64,000 nt of DNA. It comes from Laetmonice hystrix (taxonomy: Eukaryota). This document shows positions 37,563 through 50,790 of this stretch, in pieces. The stretch covers positions 28,398,001 to 28,462,000 of the forward strand of contig OZ249436.1 of the NCBI GenBank assembly GCA_965235115.1, in the 5' to 3' direction. A program made the position numbers and the translations under genes. The number at the start of each line of letters is the position of its first letter. The first letter of the stretch is position 1. The notes below the pieces were generated by a model. That model saw nothing but the letters and a program-made list of their open reading frames with translations. It ran no database searches and had not been told where the DNA came from.

Positions 37563-39960
37563 TTAGAATCGAATCCCTCATGAATTGGCAAGGATATAGA
37601 CCCATTGAATTATGTACTATCGATGGAGCAAACACCGCCTGCCACCCGGAATGATGCCAGACCGAGGCATCTCAATACAACAGAGAATGAAGTGACTATT
37701 TAACAGATTGGCACAGCGGAGGTTTTTGTTCAAAAGCGTTGCTCGGAGTGGGCGGAAAACTCTGGCCCTTTATCTTGCTGTCATACGTCGTGATGTTACC
37801 TTGATAGAGACAACCTCGAGCAGTGATATCTTGATAAAACCATTATTATTAATCTAACAGAAAGGATGGCTCCTGCCCCAGGGGGAATAGGTATTCTTAC
37901 TGCTGCCCTCCTTACAAAACGGCCATCAGGTAATTCAGTGCAGAATTTGTATGCAGTTGTATTCACAAATCAATCATTTTCGGCCCTTTATTTATAATGC
38001 AGATTGGCCTGGAAAAGTACAAGCCTTATACTTATTCCCAGAGATGGTTCCTGGCATGGTGGCATTTGTCTTTTTAAAAAGTAAATCAAGGTGAAGAGTG
38101 AAATTATTCTCAAGCCAACTCGTCTGCGTTTTGCAAGCAAGTTTGCCAACTGGGCGGCGGGACGGGGGGTGAGGGGGTTAGGGAGGTGCAACCTCCAATG
38201 AAAAAAGTGGGTCGGTTACACCCCTACTCCCCCCCCCAATAATTGTTGACATGTTAAAATGTTAAAATGTCAGTGGGTGGTATAATTAAGATTGGTCGCG
38301 CTGTGTTGCCCTTTAAATTGGATTCTGTTCCCAGATGCCAGAAAAACGCATATTTGGCACTTTAATTTTCAAATTCTCAAATCAGCCGCCTATGTTGAGT
38401 GATATCAAAATGATGGTCTCTCTATCTCAATCTCGACCCCATGCTTCCCAACGGTTTACCTCTCTAGCCGTCGTTGCGTGTGTAAATCGACTGCCCTGGC
38501 TAAGAACAATGTCACAATCAAGTTTAGCATCTGCAGCCCGGATGTAGCAGACACAGTAGACGGAGGGAGAGGGTTGGGCAGACTATCACGGTGATGACCT
38601 GGAGTGAGAAAGGCAGTGCCAACCAAGGGGAAAGTACCACTTTGTTCTGAATCCATACGGGGGGATTAAAAAAGGCGGGCATTTATAACCAGGAGGGGTC
38701 TCGTAGAATGATTGAAGACACAGACTATCAGATGGAGAACTGTCAAGTATGGCATTACCCACAGGCGTGGTACGGTCAGCCACGTCCCGAGATGGTGATG
38801 ATAGTACAATATTGTCAGTGAAAGGCTTCAATGCAGAAAGAATAGTGTTGGCTAAAGTCAAGGGACCTTGCTGGAGAGAGAGACAGAGGCTGACGTGGGT
38901 TTGCTGAAAGCACTGGCACCTGGTGAAGGCAGGCTGTCTGATACGTAGGTGGGGGGTGAATTCTAAGATGTTGGCAACATCCCCTAACAGACTAGTGTAC
39001 AGACCCAGCCCGGTCATGTTAAACTGTTCAGGGAGCCAGCCCGCGCTAGACCAGAGAAGTTCAGTTTGGATGAGAGATCTTGCCGTCTGTCACTGCAGCA
39101 TGGTATTTAGGTGATAATGGATTACGCCGTCGCCCTTGGCTGCATATGGAATGTCGTGGGAGATGCTGCGAAGATGAATTGATGAACAGTTGCGTGCCAG
39201 CCACATTAAAGATATTGTCGGGCAGGTGCTCCAGCTATAGTATAGTGTTCCTGACCTAAAGATCGAACCTTTAGTAACCTCTCGTTCAATAATTTAGCGG
39301 AAGATTCCTATTGATTCTTTCTATTATGACCAGGCTACATTATATTAGTTCTCCTCGGGATGGGCGTGCCAGGAAAGAGGCCAATCATGTTGAGCTATCT
39401 GATGAAGAACGTGGGGGGGGGGGGGCACCTCCGCCACGATAAAGGCTTTCTTTCGAAGTCAGGCGCTCTTTGCCGATTCCCGGAGAAAATAGGTCACATT
39501 TGTCTTGAAAGGTTTGAAAAAGGGGAGAAAATGATACTGGAACATGACCTCCTAAATGTGGGTGGTGTTTAGTGGAAAGAGTTTCGTGGTTGGATGATAG
39601 AAGTAGTGAAGCAGGTAGAAATCGGAAAATGTGAACAACAGGAGATAAAGATGCGTTCTTCCTTTTACTTAACTGGACCACGGTACCGTATAACAAGATT
39701 TGTAACGAGGTTTTTAATTTAGCGAATAGTCTGTATTAAAAATCCGCTGAATTTTATATCCGCTAAATTAAATTGTTATACAGTAGATTGCCCATGATAA
39801 CATCTCCACAGAATTCTGGTAAGAACTTAAATCCTCCCACGATTCCCGAAACCTAGCTCTAATTCTGACCACTAATTTCGTGAGAACTTTACCAGGGGGT
39901 AGATTACCTTAGACACCCCCACACACACCCACACACACACCCCACCACCACCATGACTTA

Positions 39961-40013
39961 TCTGGTTTAGCCCAGGTTTAGTCCTGGTTTAGTCCAGGTT
40001 TAGTCCTGGTTTA
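39961..40013 (+). repeat. 11-bp tandem repeat (GGTTTAGTCCW) x~5
   Basis: Directly visible. Confidence 0.8.
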
Positions 40014-41407
40014 GAGCAGTGTATAATGATTATTAAATGAGAGTCTTGCCAAAGGTCAGACTGTCCCATGTATTCGGACCTTTGCCAGTAGAGTGCACTG
40101 TTCTCAATTTGACGCCTTGGCAAGGACGTTCCATCTATATTGACCGGTCGCTGGCCCCACTGACACGGAGTACCATAAAGACAATCCACGCAGAATTCGC
40201 GGACTTGTCACCCATTTACTTATAACCAGGTTTGTGTGGTTTATGGTATGACTTGCATGCGCAATGCCAGGCATTCTTGTAGAACTTCTATTACTCTGTG
40301 CCCACAGCTGTGTACTCCAGACAAATTCTGGGCAGGTGGGCTACAACAATATAGTGTCTGTAATTATCAGCAGCATATGAAGAAGAAAAGCATACTTAAT
40401 GCATTCTCTGAGCCTCCAGAAATTACTCTGATACTTATATCCCCCACTATAAATCCCACTGTTTTTCTAATGACGCTCTGTTCCTGCCCATTGGAGAATT
40501 TTATAACATATATTGAAAACCGTTTGAATGCTGCATCACAATAGATGCCATTATGGGACACTGCATAGTCAAGCTGTGCACTGCATAGTCAAGCTGTCCA
40601 TCCTATAAAGTCATTGTCAGTGGGAATGTTTTTCGCCCTAATAAAATAAGTAATCATATAAATTTCTAATCCATTCTCCATATTTTGTTAGTTTTGTCGT
40701 TCAAAGACTAAAACGTAACTGACTCGCACAAACCTTTTTTTGAAGTGAACAAATATAAAAACCTATTAACGACGGATTCCTTCGAGACGGCCAAGCACGT
40801 AATATCGGATAGCACAACATGGAACATGCCGATTTGACATGCGGAATTTTCTTTTTCTTTCATTCGTATTCAATAACTGATGTTTGTTACTATAATCTTA
40901 CAGATCATAGTAATGCTATTAACAATGGTCCTTATATTCATTTATTAATTATCTGTATCGAATGAAGCTTCTTGGCATGCCTCATGACTTTCTCAGGCTT
41001 GCTCAAGGCCTGGGGAAGTGTTTTAATTGACTGTACATGTATAAGGTCGAGTTACATTGACTAATTGTATATTCTACGTCTGGTTAGCAGGTGACGCCAG
41101 GAGTACCAGTGTGGACCGCACTAGGAGGTAGCCCTCTGGCTCAGGCCACAACACGGGTAAGCTTGAATAATAATACTCTCTTTTTATTGTATTCATCATG
41201 CGTGACTTGTTTAGGGTACTTTACCGTGAAAGGACAATATGGATTGGAAAGTTTTGGCAAACCAAGATGCCATAGGCCGTGGCGTATACGTCTATACACT
41301 CCTCACTTAGATACCACCCGAACACTTTGTCAATCAATTAAAGAACCCTCTCTTCTGTAGGCAGTGAGGCAGCTTTTATTGAACTGTGTGCAGACTGATA
41401 TAGTTAA

Positions 41408-41864
41408 AGGGAGGGACAACACCACGGCAAATAAGGTTTCGTAGACCAAATGAAACACCAGCATTTACGTCAGGGCAATAAATGCCACAATTACGTTGTC
41501 TGAATGAAGTAATTAACGTGTAACCGCCCGATGTGTGACGCCGCTGGTTCCTACCTTGTCCTGCTTGGGTGTTCATCACAGCCGAATGCTGCACACCACG
41601 GCGTATTGCGTAACATTACGTGTTACTCTGCTCACAGACCTTGTCTACACGATGTTTGGAGTCCCAAAGTTTGTAAACGTTTGTAAACGTCCGAGGTGAT
41701 GAACACACAAGCAGGGCAAGGTAGGAACCAGCGGCGTCACACATCGGGCATTTACATGTTAATTACTTCATTCAGACAACGTAATTGGCATTTATTGCCC
41801 TGATGTAAATGCTGGTGTTTCATTTGGTCTACGAAACCTTATTTGCTGCGGGTTTTCCCTCCCT
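41408..41864 (-). mobile_element. Kolobok-like MITE family A, copy 3 (opposite orientation)
   Basis: TTAA at 41404-41407 and 41865-41868. The internal segment is the reverse complement of that in copies 1 and 2. Confidence 0.9.
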
Positions 41865-41969
41865 TTAAAGGCAAAGATTTGTCAAAAGTCACATTTAAAC
41901 TGCAGCTAGGCCGTTGACGTCACAGTGTCTTATAGTTCCGGTCTATATCTATTTGCGCATGTGACGAGA

Positions 41970-43899
41970 TGCATATAAGCAAGATCTAAGTATAATGTTT
42001 GAGGTGTGCTTGTGTTCGCCGATCCTCTGAACCAGCCTTATAAAGAAAGCTGTCAAACAAGAGATTCCTGTAGCGAATCTCGTCATGTTGCTAGGCTAGA
42101 GGCGGCCAGGGCGGGTGTTTGATTGGGGGGGGGGGGGGGGGGGAGTCCCACGAGAGGCTGGACTAGTAGCACACAGGCAGGTCCTAACAAATACGGCTGG
42201 AATTCATATTCGCTACCTTCCGAGTCGCTCAACGACGCCATAGATCCTCAAAAACTGGAGAGCAGTCGTGCTGATGTGATTGGTCAGACACTGTGATGTC
42301 AAATTAGCAGACGCTATAGTGGCATCCACACACGGAGCAGGCTCCGGCACCGGGGTTAGTGGTTAGGGATAAGGTCAGGGTTATGGAACTTTACTTGCAA
42401 CCAAATTTCGTGGGGTTTAAGTTACCATGGGGATGTACCCAAAATCCAATGTAAATTTCTTCAGAACGGCTGCCTTGCCGCACGGCTGTAGGGATCGGTA
42501 TCGGAACGGGGACTCTTGACTTAAATTAAAGTAATGCCTATTTACAGTGGTAAGAAAGTGTCCCAAGATAAGTCGTGAATGAAAGAAATGTGGGCCCAGG
42601 TTATGGATAACTTGTCTTTGTTAGTAACTCTCAGCGTAGTGACAAGCGTTGAGTGTTTGCTTATTGCTCTCCGCGCCTCTTCTGAACAGGTGTCATTGTT
42701 GCTGGTTTTGCCCAGCCTCCTCCGTTAGAGTGTGAACAGTCCAGAGACTGTTTTACAGAATGGATCAGCCAACACTCCACAGAATGGATCAGCCAACACC
42801 CTCCACTCTCGTCATTTTGCAAGCACGTTCGCCGTCAGAAAGCCGTCAGAGTATTATCATATTGCATCTGTCCATTAGGCAAATATGAGTTCTCCATTAC
42901 TGACAGGATCGCCATCCCATTATGACTTTATGACTGTCTTCTCGGAAGTGTGAGTCATAAAGCTAGTAAACGGGCGTCTAGAGCTGATGAAAATTCGGAA
43001 TGATTAATACAGCGATATGAAATACAATATGTTTTGGATTTTTATTCCATTAAAGTCTAAGGTATTATCAGTGTTGTCCCATGAAAACGGGTGCGACACT
43101 GCTCAGGGTAAAGACTTGTAAAATACAGATATCGTATGCTTAAAATGGCGTCACTCTGCCACTCTATAATATTCGTACCGACCAGTCATTATTCTTGTTC
43201 CAGCATTTTATTTTAGCAAATTTTCTTTAGATAAGATCTTTTTCATTCTTGCAAATATTCACTTTGATAAGTAGGTAAAATGACTTTTTTTCTTTTGAGA
43301 GACAGAATCATTTCATGCAGTGATTGTTCAAATTGATGGGCACTGATTAAGGTCTAAAAATCGACTGCTTGCACTCATGTTCTTAGAATTGAAATGTCAA
43401 TATGCCTGATAACTAGGTAAACAAGTGATTGCAGTGTAGAATTTTATCTGCAATAGTTAACGAGTAGTATTATCAGGTTTCCCACACAAGTTTAATACCG
43501 TAGGTATTAACAGGAACTGAACGCTAGAGAACCTTTTAAGTCGTCGCTTGTTGGTTTCTTTGAAGTTGAGGAAAAGAATTTTTGTAGAATTCTATGCTTT
43601 CGTAGAACATTTTTTTCGTTAAATTAAGGCAATATCACGCCGATTGCTTTTCGTTGAAATCTCTACATCCGAAGACCAGATGACTCAGACAATGCTTTTA
43701 TTGGGAGTGGTTCATCCAACATTAGGTCGAGTTATTGAAGGGAGTTTGGGAGTTTAGAGAAAACACCGAATTGAAAGTTAATTGCATATAAGCAAGATCT
43801 AAGTATAATGTTTGAGGTGTGCTTGTGTTCGCCGATCCTCTGAACCAGTCTAATAAAGAAAGCTGTCAAACAAGAGATTCGTGTAGCGAATCTCGTCAT
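41970..43899 (+). repeat. Dispersed ~116-bp direct repeat pair (41970-42086 and 43783-43899)
   Basis: TGCATATAAGCAAGATCTAAGTATAATGTTTGAGG...GCGAATCTCGTCAT is present twice with about 3 differences. Confidence 0.85.
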
Positions 43900-46800
43900 T
43901 AATAAGAGCTTAAATTGGAAAATAAATTCAGTTTAGATAATGCCCCAAGGAATTGGCAGATTAGTTGATAATTTTCCACTCAATCCCTCGGACAAAAATA
44001 GAACGGAGGACGAACAGGGGTGCTTTGTGCCCTTGTTTACACTTGGGCAAAGGCAGATGACGTCACGTTTCCCCCAAGCGGTGGGGGCGCTGCAAAACCA
44101 CGAGACTATTTGCTCCCCAAGCGGGAACAAGGAGAGACTCGGTCTTCCCTCCAAGTACAGTTCTATGGTGTGAGCCAATATTTCCATAGTGGGCAGACGA
44201 CATTGAGACGTTGGGCAACCCCTCCCCCATTACGCAGTAACTTGTTCGTTTTTTCTGCTTAAAAGGTTCAAACCAAACATATCCCCTATTGGCACCCTCA
44301 ACCCCCTCTTGGCACCCCTCCCCCCCCCCCTTTGGCGCAAGGAAGGGAAGAAGGAAGAGATTTTGTTCCCACTCAACATTGTCGGCTATGTTCGGCATAT
44401 TTTCTGAACGGATGTTCCGAGGACTTATAATGTTAAGTAGGCCTACGTGGGCTTGCCGGAGGAGCAGAGTCTACTGGAGAGTGTTCTGCAGCTTCTGACC
44501 CCAGTGACGTCACGCTCCGCACAGTAATGGCGCGGCGCGGATATCATCAAGATTGCGACAGAAAATTGGCCTAAAATCTCTCCAAAATTATTTTTTCCAT
44601 TCAAAACTTTATCAGACCGTTCTCAATATCATGACCAATGATCCCAGGCATAAGTTAATATTTGGCAAAGTACCGGTTTAACAGTTTTCAACGATCCCCA
44701 TTGGACAAAACCGACACAACACAAATAGCATTAAACAGGAGTTGTTTTGTCTGAATCGATTTGTACTCCGCACGTCGAAGTCGGTCGTTGACCGCTGTAC
44801 GTGTGACGACGTCGGCCTCTCCGAATAAAAAGATGCGAATAGACTTAAGGCCCAAGTCCACTGGTCCACCTGACCGGCCGGCCGATTTTGTTATGGTTGT
44901 ACGTAGTGAACAAAGATGAAGATTGTACGAGGATGCATTTATCCTGTCACCACATGTAAAACCATCCTCTGATTGGTTTAAATGAGGTATCAAATGCCGT
45001 TATCTTATTCCAATACCTAGAATCCTGGTTTTGTTTGTACTGAACAATTTCTTAGATGTACCTAGCTGGACAACCGACTTGAGTGTTGTTTTGCTGATGG
45101 CGCAATATTTCCTTTATTTCCTGCAATTATCAAACTCGATTTTCTATTATAAGCAGGCTTAAAAATGCACGCTGGTAAGTTAAGAGCCTGAGAAGGAGAA
45201 GGTTAAATGTGTACATCTTCTCACATGATACATGTATTACAGGGCTGTCTTTATCTTACTTGTCAGTTTTGATTAAAGACCCAAGTATCTGTGTTATATA
45301 GCGGTAAATCCTGAAGGTTCAGAACCAGTAAGCTCAGTTAATGGAGGTTATACTTGGTTTCCTTACATTAAGGAGTAGCATGGGCCATAATTACCTGACA
45401 TACAGATTAATATGTACGGATATATCCAGTGGCGGTGATGGAGGTGTGATTAGCATGATGCAGTCTATCGGGTATGACCTTTCATTATCCGTTTCACTGG
45501 AAACGATTTGCTTGGTCTCATTTGACGCCAGAGTTGTGTATAAGATATGACAGGGGAAGCGACTCTTGCTATCTTTTAGATATACACGTACACACAGTGA
45601 TTGCAGCCTTGCTACCCACTTTTGTATATATATCCGGTACGATCTTTAGCCCAAGAATATCGGTGTAGGCACTCTCAGCTCAGTGTGGAACGACACAAAC
45701 TTTTGAACCATATTTGCGCGCCTTTCCCTGTATAAATATTAAAATAATTCGTTTCCATGAGAGGACAATGGCCAGAGAAATCCAAGCCTTTTTTTGTGTT
45801 GGTGTGGAACGTCGTGAACTTTCTGATAATCCAAATTACAATCAGGAACGCTATAATTTTACTCTTTAGTTTTCTCGTCCTTTTCTTAACATTAAAATTA
45901 CAATTTATGATAATGACGTGAAAAAAAGAACTTTGTTAATAAGGAGCTACAAGCAAATCGCTGGCTAATAGGCCTCCCTTAGACAGCCGTGAGGTGATAA
46001 GACTGGATTGGTTGGAACATGTCGCCGAATTTATTTTTTTATTTTGTTTTTATCAATCACCAGCGTGAAGAATTTTCACTCCCGACGCATGGCGCTTGCC
46101 TGACCCAGACCTCGCCTGTCAGATCGCCGTGCTGGGATAGTTTGTCAAAGCCAAGATAGTGTGTCACCATGCAGCTAGGCAATCTCTTGCCGGGTGAACT
46201 TGCCCAGGCAAGTCATTGGCATGTAGACCTGTGCTTGGGTCGAGAAAGTAACTAGGGTGGGCGACCCGCGCCTCCGGGCTGCACCCTCGGCCATCCGCCC
46301 ATCAATGTTGCATTATATTAGCCACTCCGTCATGGGAATGGATTCGTAAATGTAGACCCGAGTGTAGGCTCCATCATTTAGTAACAGATCCCTTCTGGTA
46401 ATCAGCAGGCATTAGTAGATCTGGATTTGAGAATATATAGATCAGTTCATGTTCAACCTAGATGAGTTGCTGTCAAAATGTAGGATTGGAGATGCACTTC
46501 CTAATGGATCACATGTATTGCATGATTCATTGACTTGCCATTATTCGTTTTACATCTCGAAATTTGAAGTGTAATTATACATCTCAAAATGATACGTCAG
46601 TAGATGGAAGATCAGCAGTTTGTACATAAGTAGTGTATGGAAAGTATTGCTTCAGTGCAATATAGAAGGCAGCGAAGGCCACTCATCATCGCTGAAATGG
46701 GAAGAAAAGGGCTGTGTGTATGAGTAGTATATGAAAATTGTCCTTTGTCTTCAGGTCAGATATGAATAACAACTCCCAGAGCGATAACACGAATTCGGAA

Positions 46801-49256
46801 TATGGGATAAGGAATCTTTATTTATTAAAGATTGCAACGTTTTGGTCTCTTTCGTTAATCCTATCCATGGATTGGTAACTAAATTATGAAGGATGTGAAT
46901 TTATGCACGTAGGTGGTGTTCAAATAATATGTGGATTTAGTCTTGTCGCTATGTGTATGAGATATTGTTTTATGGAAAGGAGAAGAATATTATTTTACAG
47001 TACTCTTATTTATTTGACACAATACTTCATCTTGAGTGTATTTTCTGGAGAAGCTTCCAGAATAACAATTTGGTTATTTAAAAAGGGGGAGTTTGCACGA
47101 AGAGGTCACTACTTAAAGGCGGGATTCCATGTTTGTTTATCGCATTTGAAATCTGAGAGAAGAAATGTAAGTTGTTCGATTGGCGCATTATATTGGTTCT
47201 GGTACTAGAATCCGGCGTTTAGAATTATCCCGACGCTTCTGTCATCAAATTAATGCGGCGCTCGGCAAAGATAGGCGGCACACAGAGAGAATATGTGCAT
47301 TGAATGATAAATAGATACGGTTCACAAAACAACTGTATGTACAGGCTGCTCAGTCCACGCTCGCTGGGGCTAATTCCCCATGTGGCCCCAAGGCAATGTA
47401 CACAAACCATATGCTGAACATTATTTCGCCTCCTGCCCTTGTTCATTCTGGATCTATCCCACAGACGACAAAAAACTTGGAGGGCATAAGGTACACCGTC
47501 CAATCAAGGGGTGGGGAGCAATTATTTTTATCAATTGGAATTAGGTATTTTCAAACTCCTGCTTTCACACATACATTTTCGATACAGGGAAAGAATAAGT
47601 AAACAAAGTCATAAAAGAGCTGTACTAAAAGTGTTCTGAATTTTCAGTAAGGAACAGTATTATAGTAAGATTCTATAGCCCGTGCGCTGTTATTTGATAA
47701 AAAGTAACTAAGCTTTTATTTCAATCCTCTCTTGAACAAAATTGGATGTGGTCTATCAATTTTTCAAACGTCCTGTTACTAAAAGTCCACTAGATCTGCC
47801 ATGTCTCCCCCCCCCCAAAAAAAAAGGGCCTGCAGGAAACCCTGTTATCATAAGTGGCATAATGTGATAGTCGGTATTCCGTTCAGTTTGTGGCATGTCG
47901 ACAGGTACGAATGACGATAGTCCAGCTCCCCTTACCGAGGGTCAGTCAGGGCCGCCCGGGTCAAGACTGTCAAGGGTTAGATGTCACTGTCTGACCCTCT
48001 CCCAGTCAGCTTCCTGCCGACTGGGACCAGAGATCAAACCGGCAGGTGGTTTATTTCCAGGCTGGTCTGCGGTTGTCCAGACGTATGGCCAGGTCCACGG
48101 ACGGACACATTCAATATTTATATTGTGAGCCAAGTCGGAATCCGATTACCCAAGGTACACTCAATGATCATTCGTCAGGCTAAGAATCGACTTGTCGTCC
48201 CGAAAAGGGGGGGGGGGGGCACTAAGAGGAATTAATGTCTGTAGATTTGTTGTTTGTTTTAAATATTCTAATGCGGCCTCAGGTTTCCGTCTTTAAGCAA
48301 CACTCATTTATCATTTTGCGGTATCAGAGAAAACCCTAGCGGTGACTAAAGACTGGGCTGTCGGCCTTTTCGGTTCTGATGACATGTCCTGCTGATTTCC
48401 TGGCGTGCCTTTCTGGCGCAGAATCCCCAGATCGGCGTGACAGGTGTACGATCTATATGTGAAAAGCCGAGCAGATTTATGTTTACCGTTGGTGTTGTCT
48501 TCGGGGACGATCGTTTCAGAGCAGCTAGGGCAAACATTTGCTTGAACCAGACTCTGGTGTAGATGCTGTTAGAAGACCGCAATCATAAGAAATCGGAGAC
48601 GAAGTCAATGGCTGAGATGGGGGGAAAGAGATGAATGCCTACAAAACACACAGACCAGGCCGGGACATGCACCAACCGCTCCGTTTCTTCGTCTTGTAAT
48701 AGACTGGGCCATATTTCAGGAAAGGAAAGTCCTGTAGGCATTTTTGAGGAAAAGCAGCCAAACAACATTTTCTAGAGCGGTTTTTTGTGCAGATTACAAA
48801 TATTTTGTTTGGACATCTCAGTTTTGCATAATTAGGTCAGAAATCGAGGTCAAAGTTCAAAAACTAGGTCATGACCAAAAATGTACGTAATCACATGGCC
48901 TAACGGAATATTGAAAGATTCCTTTGAAAATACTAACCATTAGGGCTGTTTTAAGCATTGTATTTGACAATTAAATGGAAAATGTGAAGCATATTTATCA
49001 TAAAATAGCTTATATCTCCTTTATTACTGAACATTCGAAAAAATCATTACAAGTTCACTGATACAATATCTGTGACCATTAACGTTGCTGGGAATATAGT
49101 AGACACTGTTCCCAATATCTTTCTGATTATTTCCAATGGAAATGTGATGTTGGTTGGCATCAGAGTGGGTCAAAACTAGGTCAACGTTTGACCTACATGT
49201 ACATGTATTTGCAAAATACCATGCGTGTCTAGTTTGTATTTGCTAAACACTGTTAA

Positions 49257-49782
49257 AGGGAGCCGTAAAATTCATTTTTTTCGATTTATGGCAGTCTTAG
49301 AAACATATGATTCGCATACTTTGGACTCCCAGTAACATCATGTGCGACTGTTATGGCCCAGCGACCAGTATTTAGTAAGGAAAATATGCCAAATCTCTCG
49401 CAAATACGTAGCTCAGAATTAGCGAGCGGCTCACAGGATATTTGAGTTGGCCGCGGTCGGGCGATGATGACGCGTGATCACGTGACTTCCGGGTGTACAT
49501 GCGGTATTTAGGTCAACGCTAGACTAGAGGGAGATTCCCTTCCACACCCGGAAGTCACGTGATCACGCGTCATCATCGCCCGACCGCGGCCAACTCAAAC
49601 TTCCTGTGGGCCGCTCGCTAATTCTGAGCTACGTATTTGCGAGAGATTTGGCATATTTTCCTTACTAAATACTGGTCGCTGGGCCATAACAGTCTCACAT
49701 GATGTTACTGGGAGTCCAAGGTATGCGAATCATATGTTTCTAAGACTGCCATAAATCGAAAAAATGAATTTTACGGCTCCCT
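49257..49782. mobile_element. Young Kolobok-like foldback MITE (~240-bp near-perfect arms, 47-bp spacer)
   Basis: TTAA|AGGGAGCCGTAAAATTCATTTTTT ... AAAAAATGAATTTTACGGCTCCCT|TTAA. The arms 49257-49496 and 49544-49782 differ at only a few positions. Confidence 0.92.
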
Positions 49783-50054
49783 TTAAGGTACCTATTCTAA
49801 AGTGTGATTCATTGGGCAGGACTGTGGAGTTCCAGACATACCCCCCTTACCCGCCTGTAATAAGTAAAGTTGACAACAAAATGCCAAATTACACAGTAAG
49901 CTTATGTTTTGACCATATGACAAAATCTCAGTCATACTTTCATTAGCTTAAAGTTTCACCAAATTGTAATGTACCATAAATGACAATATGTGAATGCAAT
50001 GATAAAGTAGTCCCAGAAGTCTGACACTGAATTTGTAGACACACATTGACTATC

Positions 50055-50512
50055 TTGATTTGGGTACTTCAAGTGTGATTTTACCAGATGGCCTGATGTC
50101 TGGCAGAACGGTATCAGGAGCAGGCCCCCCGATAGGTCCCCTCTGGCATGCTGCAGCTAGTGTTGCATGGAAGGTGTTTTTCCATCCAAGGTGGAATCAT
50201 TTATATCTATGTTATCTGCTGAAAAGTGGGTAAATACACCAGGCACCAAATTGGGTGGAACAACTGACCCAGTGTCCTGGTCCATACTTTCCAAGGTTAC
50301 CTCGGCTAAAGCAGTGTCAAGACGTAGTATGTCTCTATAGCTAGCAATATACCCTGCATTATGAAACATTTCTACAAGTGATTTTGATCTGGTAGCCTGA
50401 TGCAGTGTAAGGCCAAGACCTACATGTTTTGGGGATGTTTTCCTTTCCTCAGATACACTGAATACTGTATCTTGAGCTATGCTAAGAACCCTAAACTGGA
50501 CAACAGAACCTC
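50055..50512 (-). pseudogene. Frameshifted transposase exon fragment (Academ-type)
   Basis: Acceptor TTTTTTTCCTAG| is followed by GSVVQFRVLSIAQDTVFSVSEERKTSPKHVGLGLTLHQATRSKSLVEMFHNAGYIASYRDILRLDTALAE...VPPNLVPGVFTHFSADNIDINDSTLDGK. A 1-nt shift near 50180 restores NTFHATLAAACQRGP. The KH...LH..TRSK...G...SY and DN.D...T.DGK.TFH motifs match a widespread metazoan transposase family that I recall as Academ. Confidence 0.8.
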
Positions 50513-50702
50513 CTAGGAAAAAAAATTATATAATGAAAAAAGTCAATTTACGGGTGGAGATAATGCCAAAAGTGAATCGCCATGGGTAAGATGGCGGCCA
50601 TATTGGATTTATGCAAATTAGAAAAAATGCTCCAGGTTCAGCCCCAAAATGCCCTCTGGCTGCCCGACTATAAGTGAATGTCTGGTGCCATGGTGACAGA
50701 AA

Positions 50703-50790
50703 AGTGCCTCAAGGCACTCTTCGCCCTCACACGGGAGTGCCTCAAGGCACTCCTCGCCATCACACAGGAGTGCCTTCAGGCACTCCTCGC
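50703..50790. mobile_element. piggyBac-like terminus with three 33-bp subterminal repeats
   Basis: Three copies of AGTGCCTCAAGGCACTCCTCGCC(C/A)T end in CCCTGATAGGG|TTAA (TTAA at 50791-50794). The other end was not found. Confidence 0.55.

Noticed and set aside
41970..43899. 116-bp direct repeats starting TG and ending CA(T) as possible LTRs of a TRIM
   Set aside because: There is no PBS, PPT or TSD. The first copy runs on into ...GTTGCTAGGCTA, which looks more like a MITE end.
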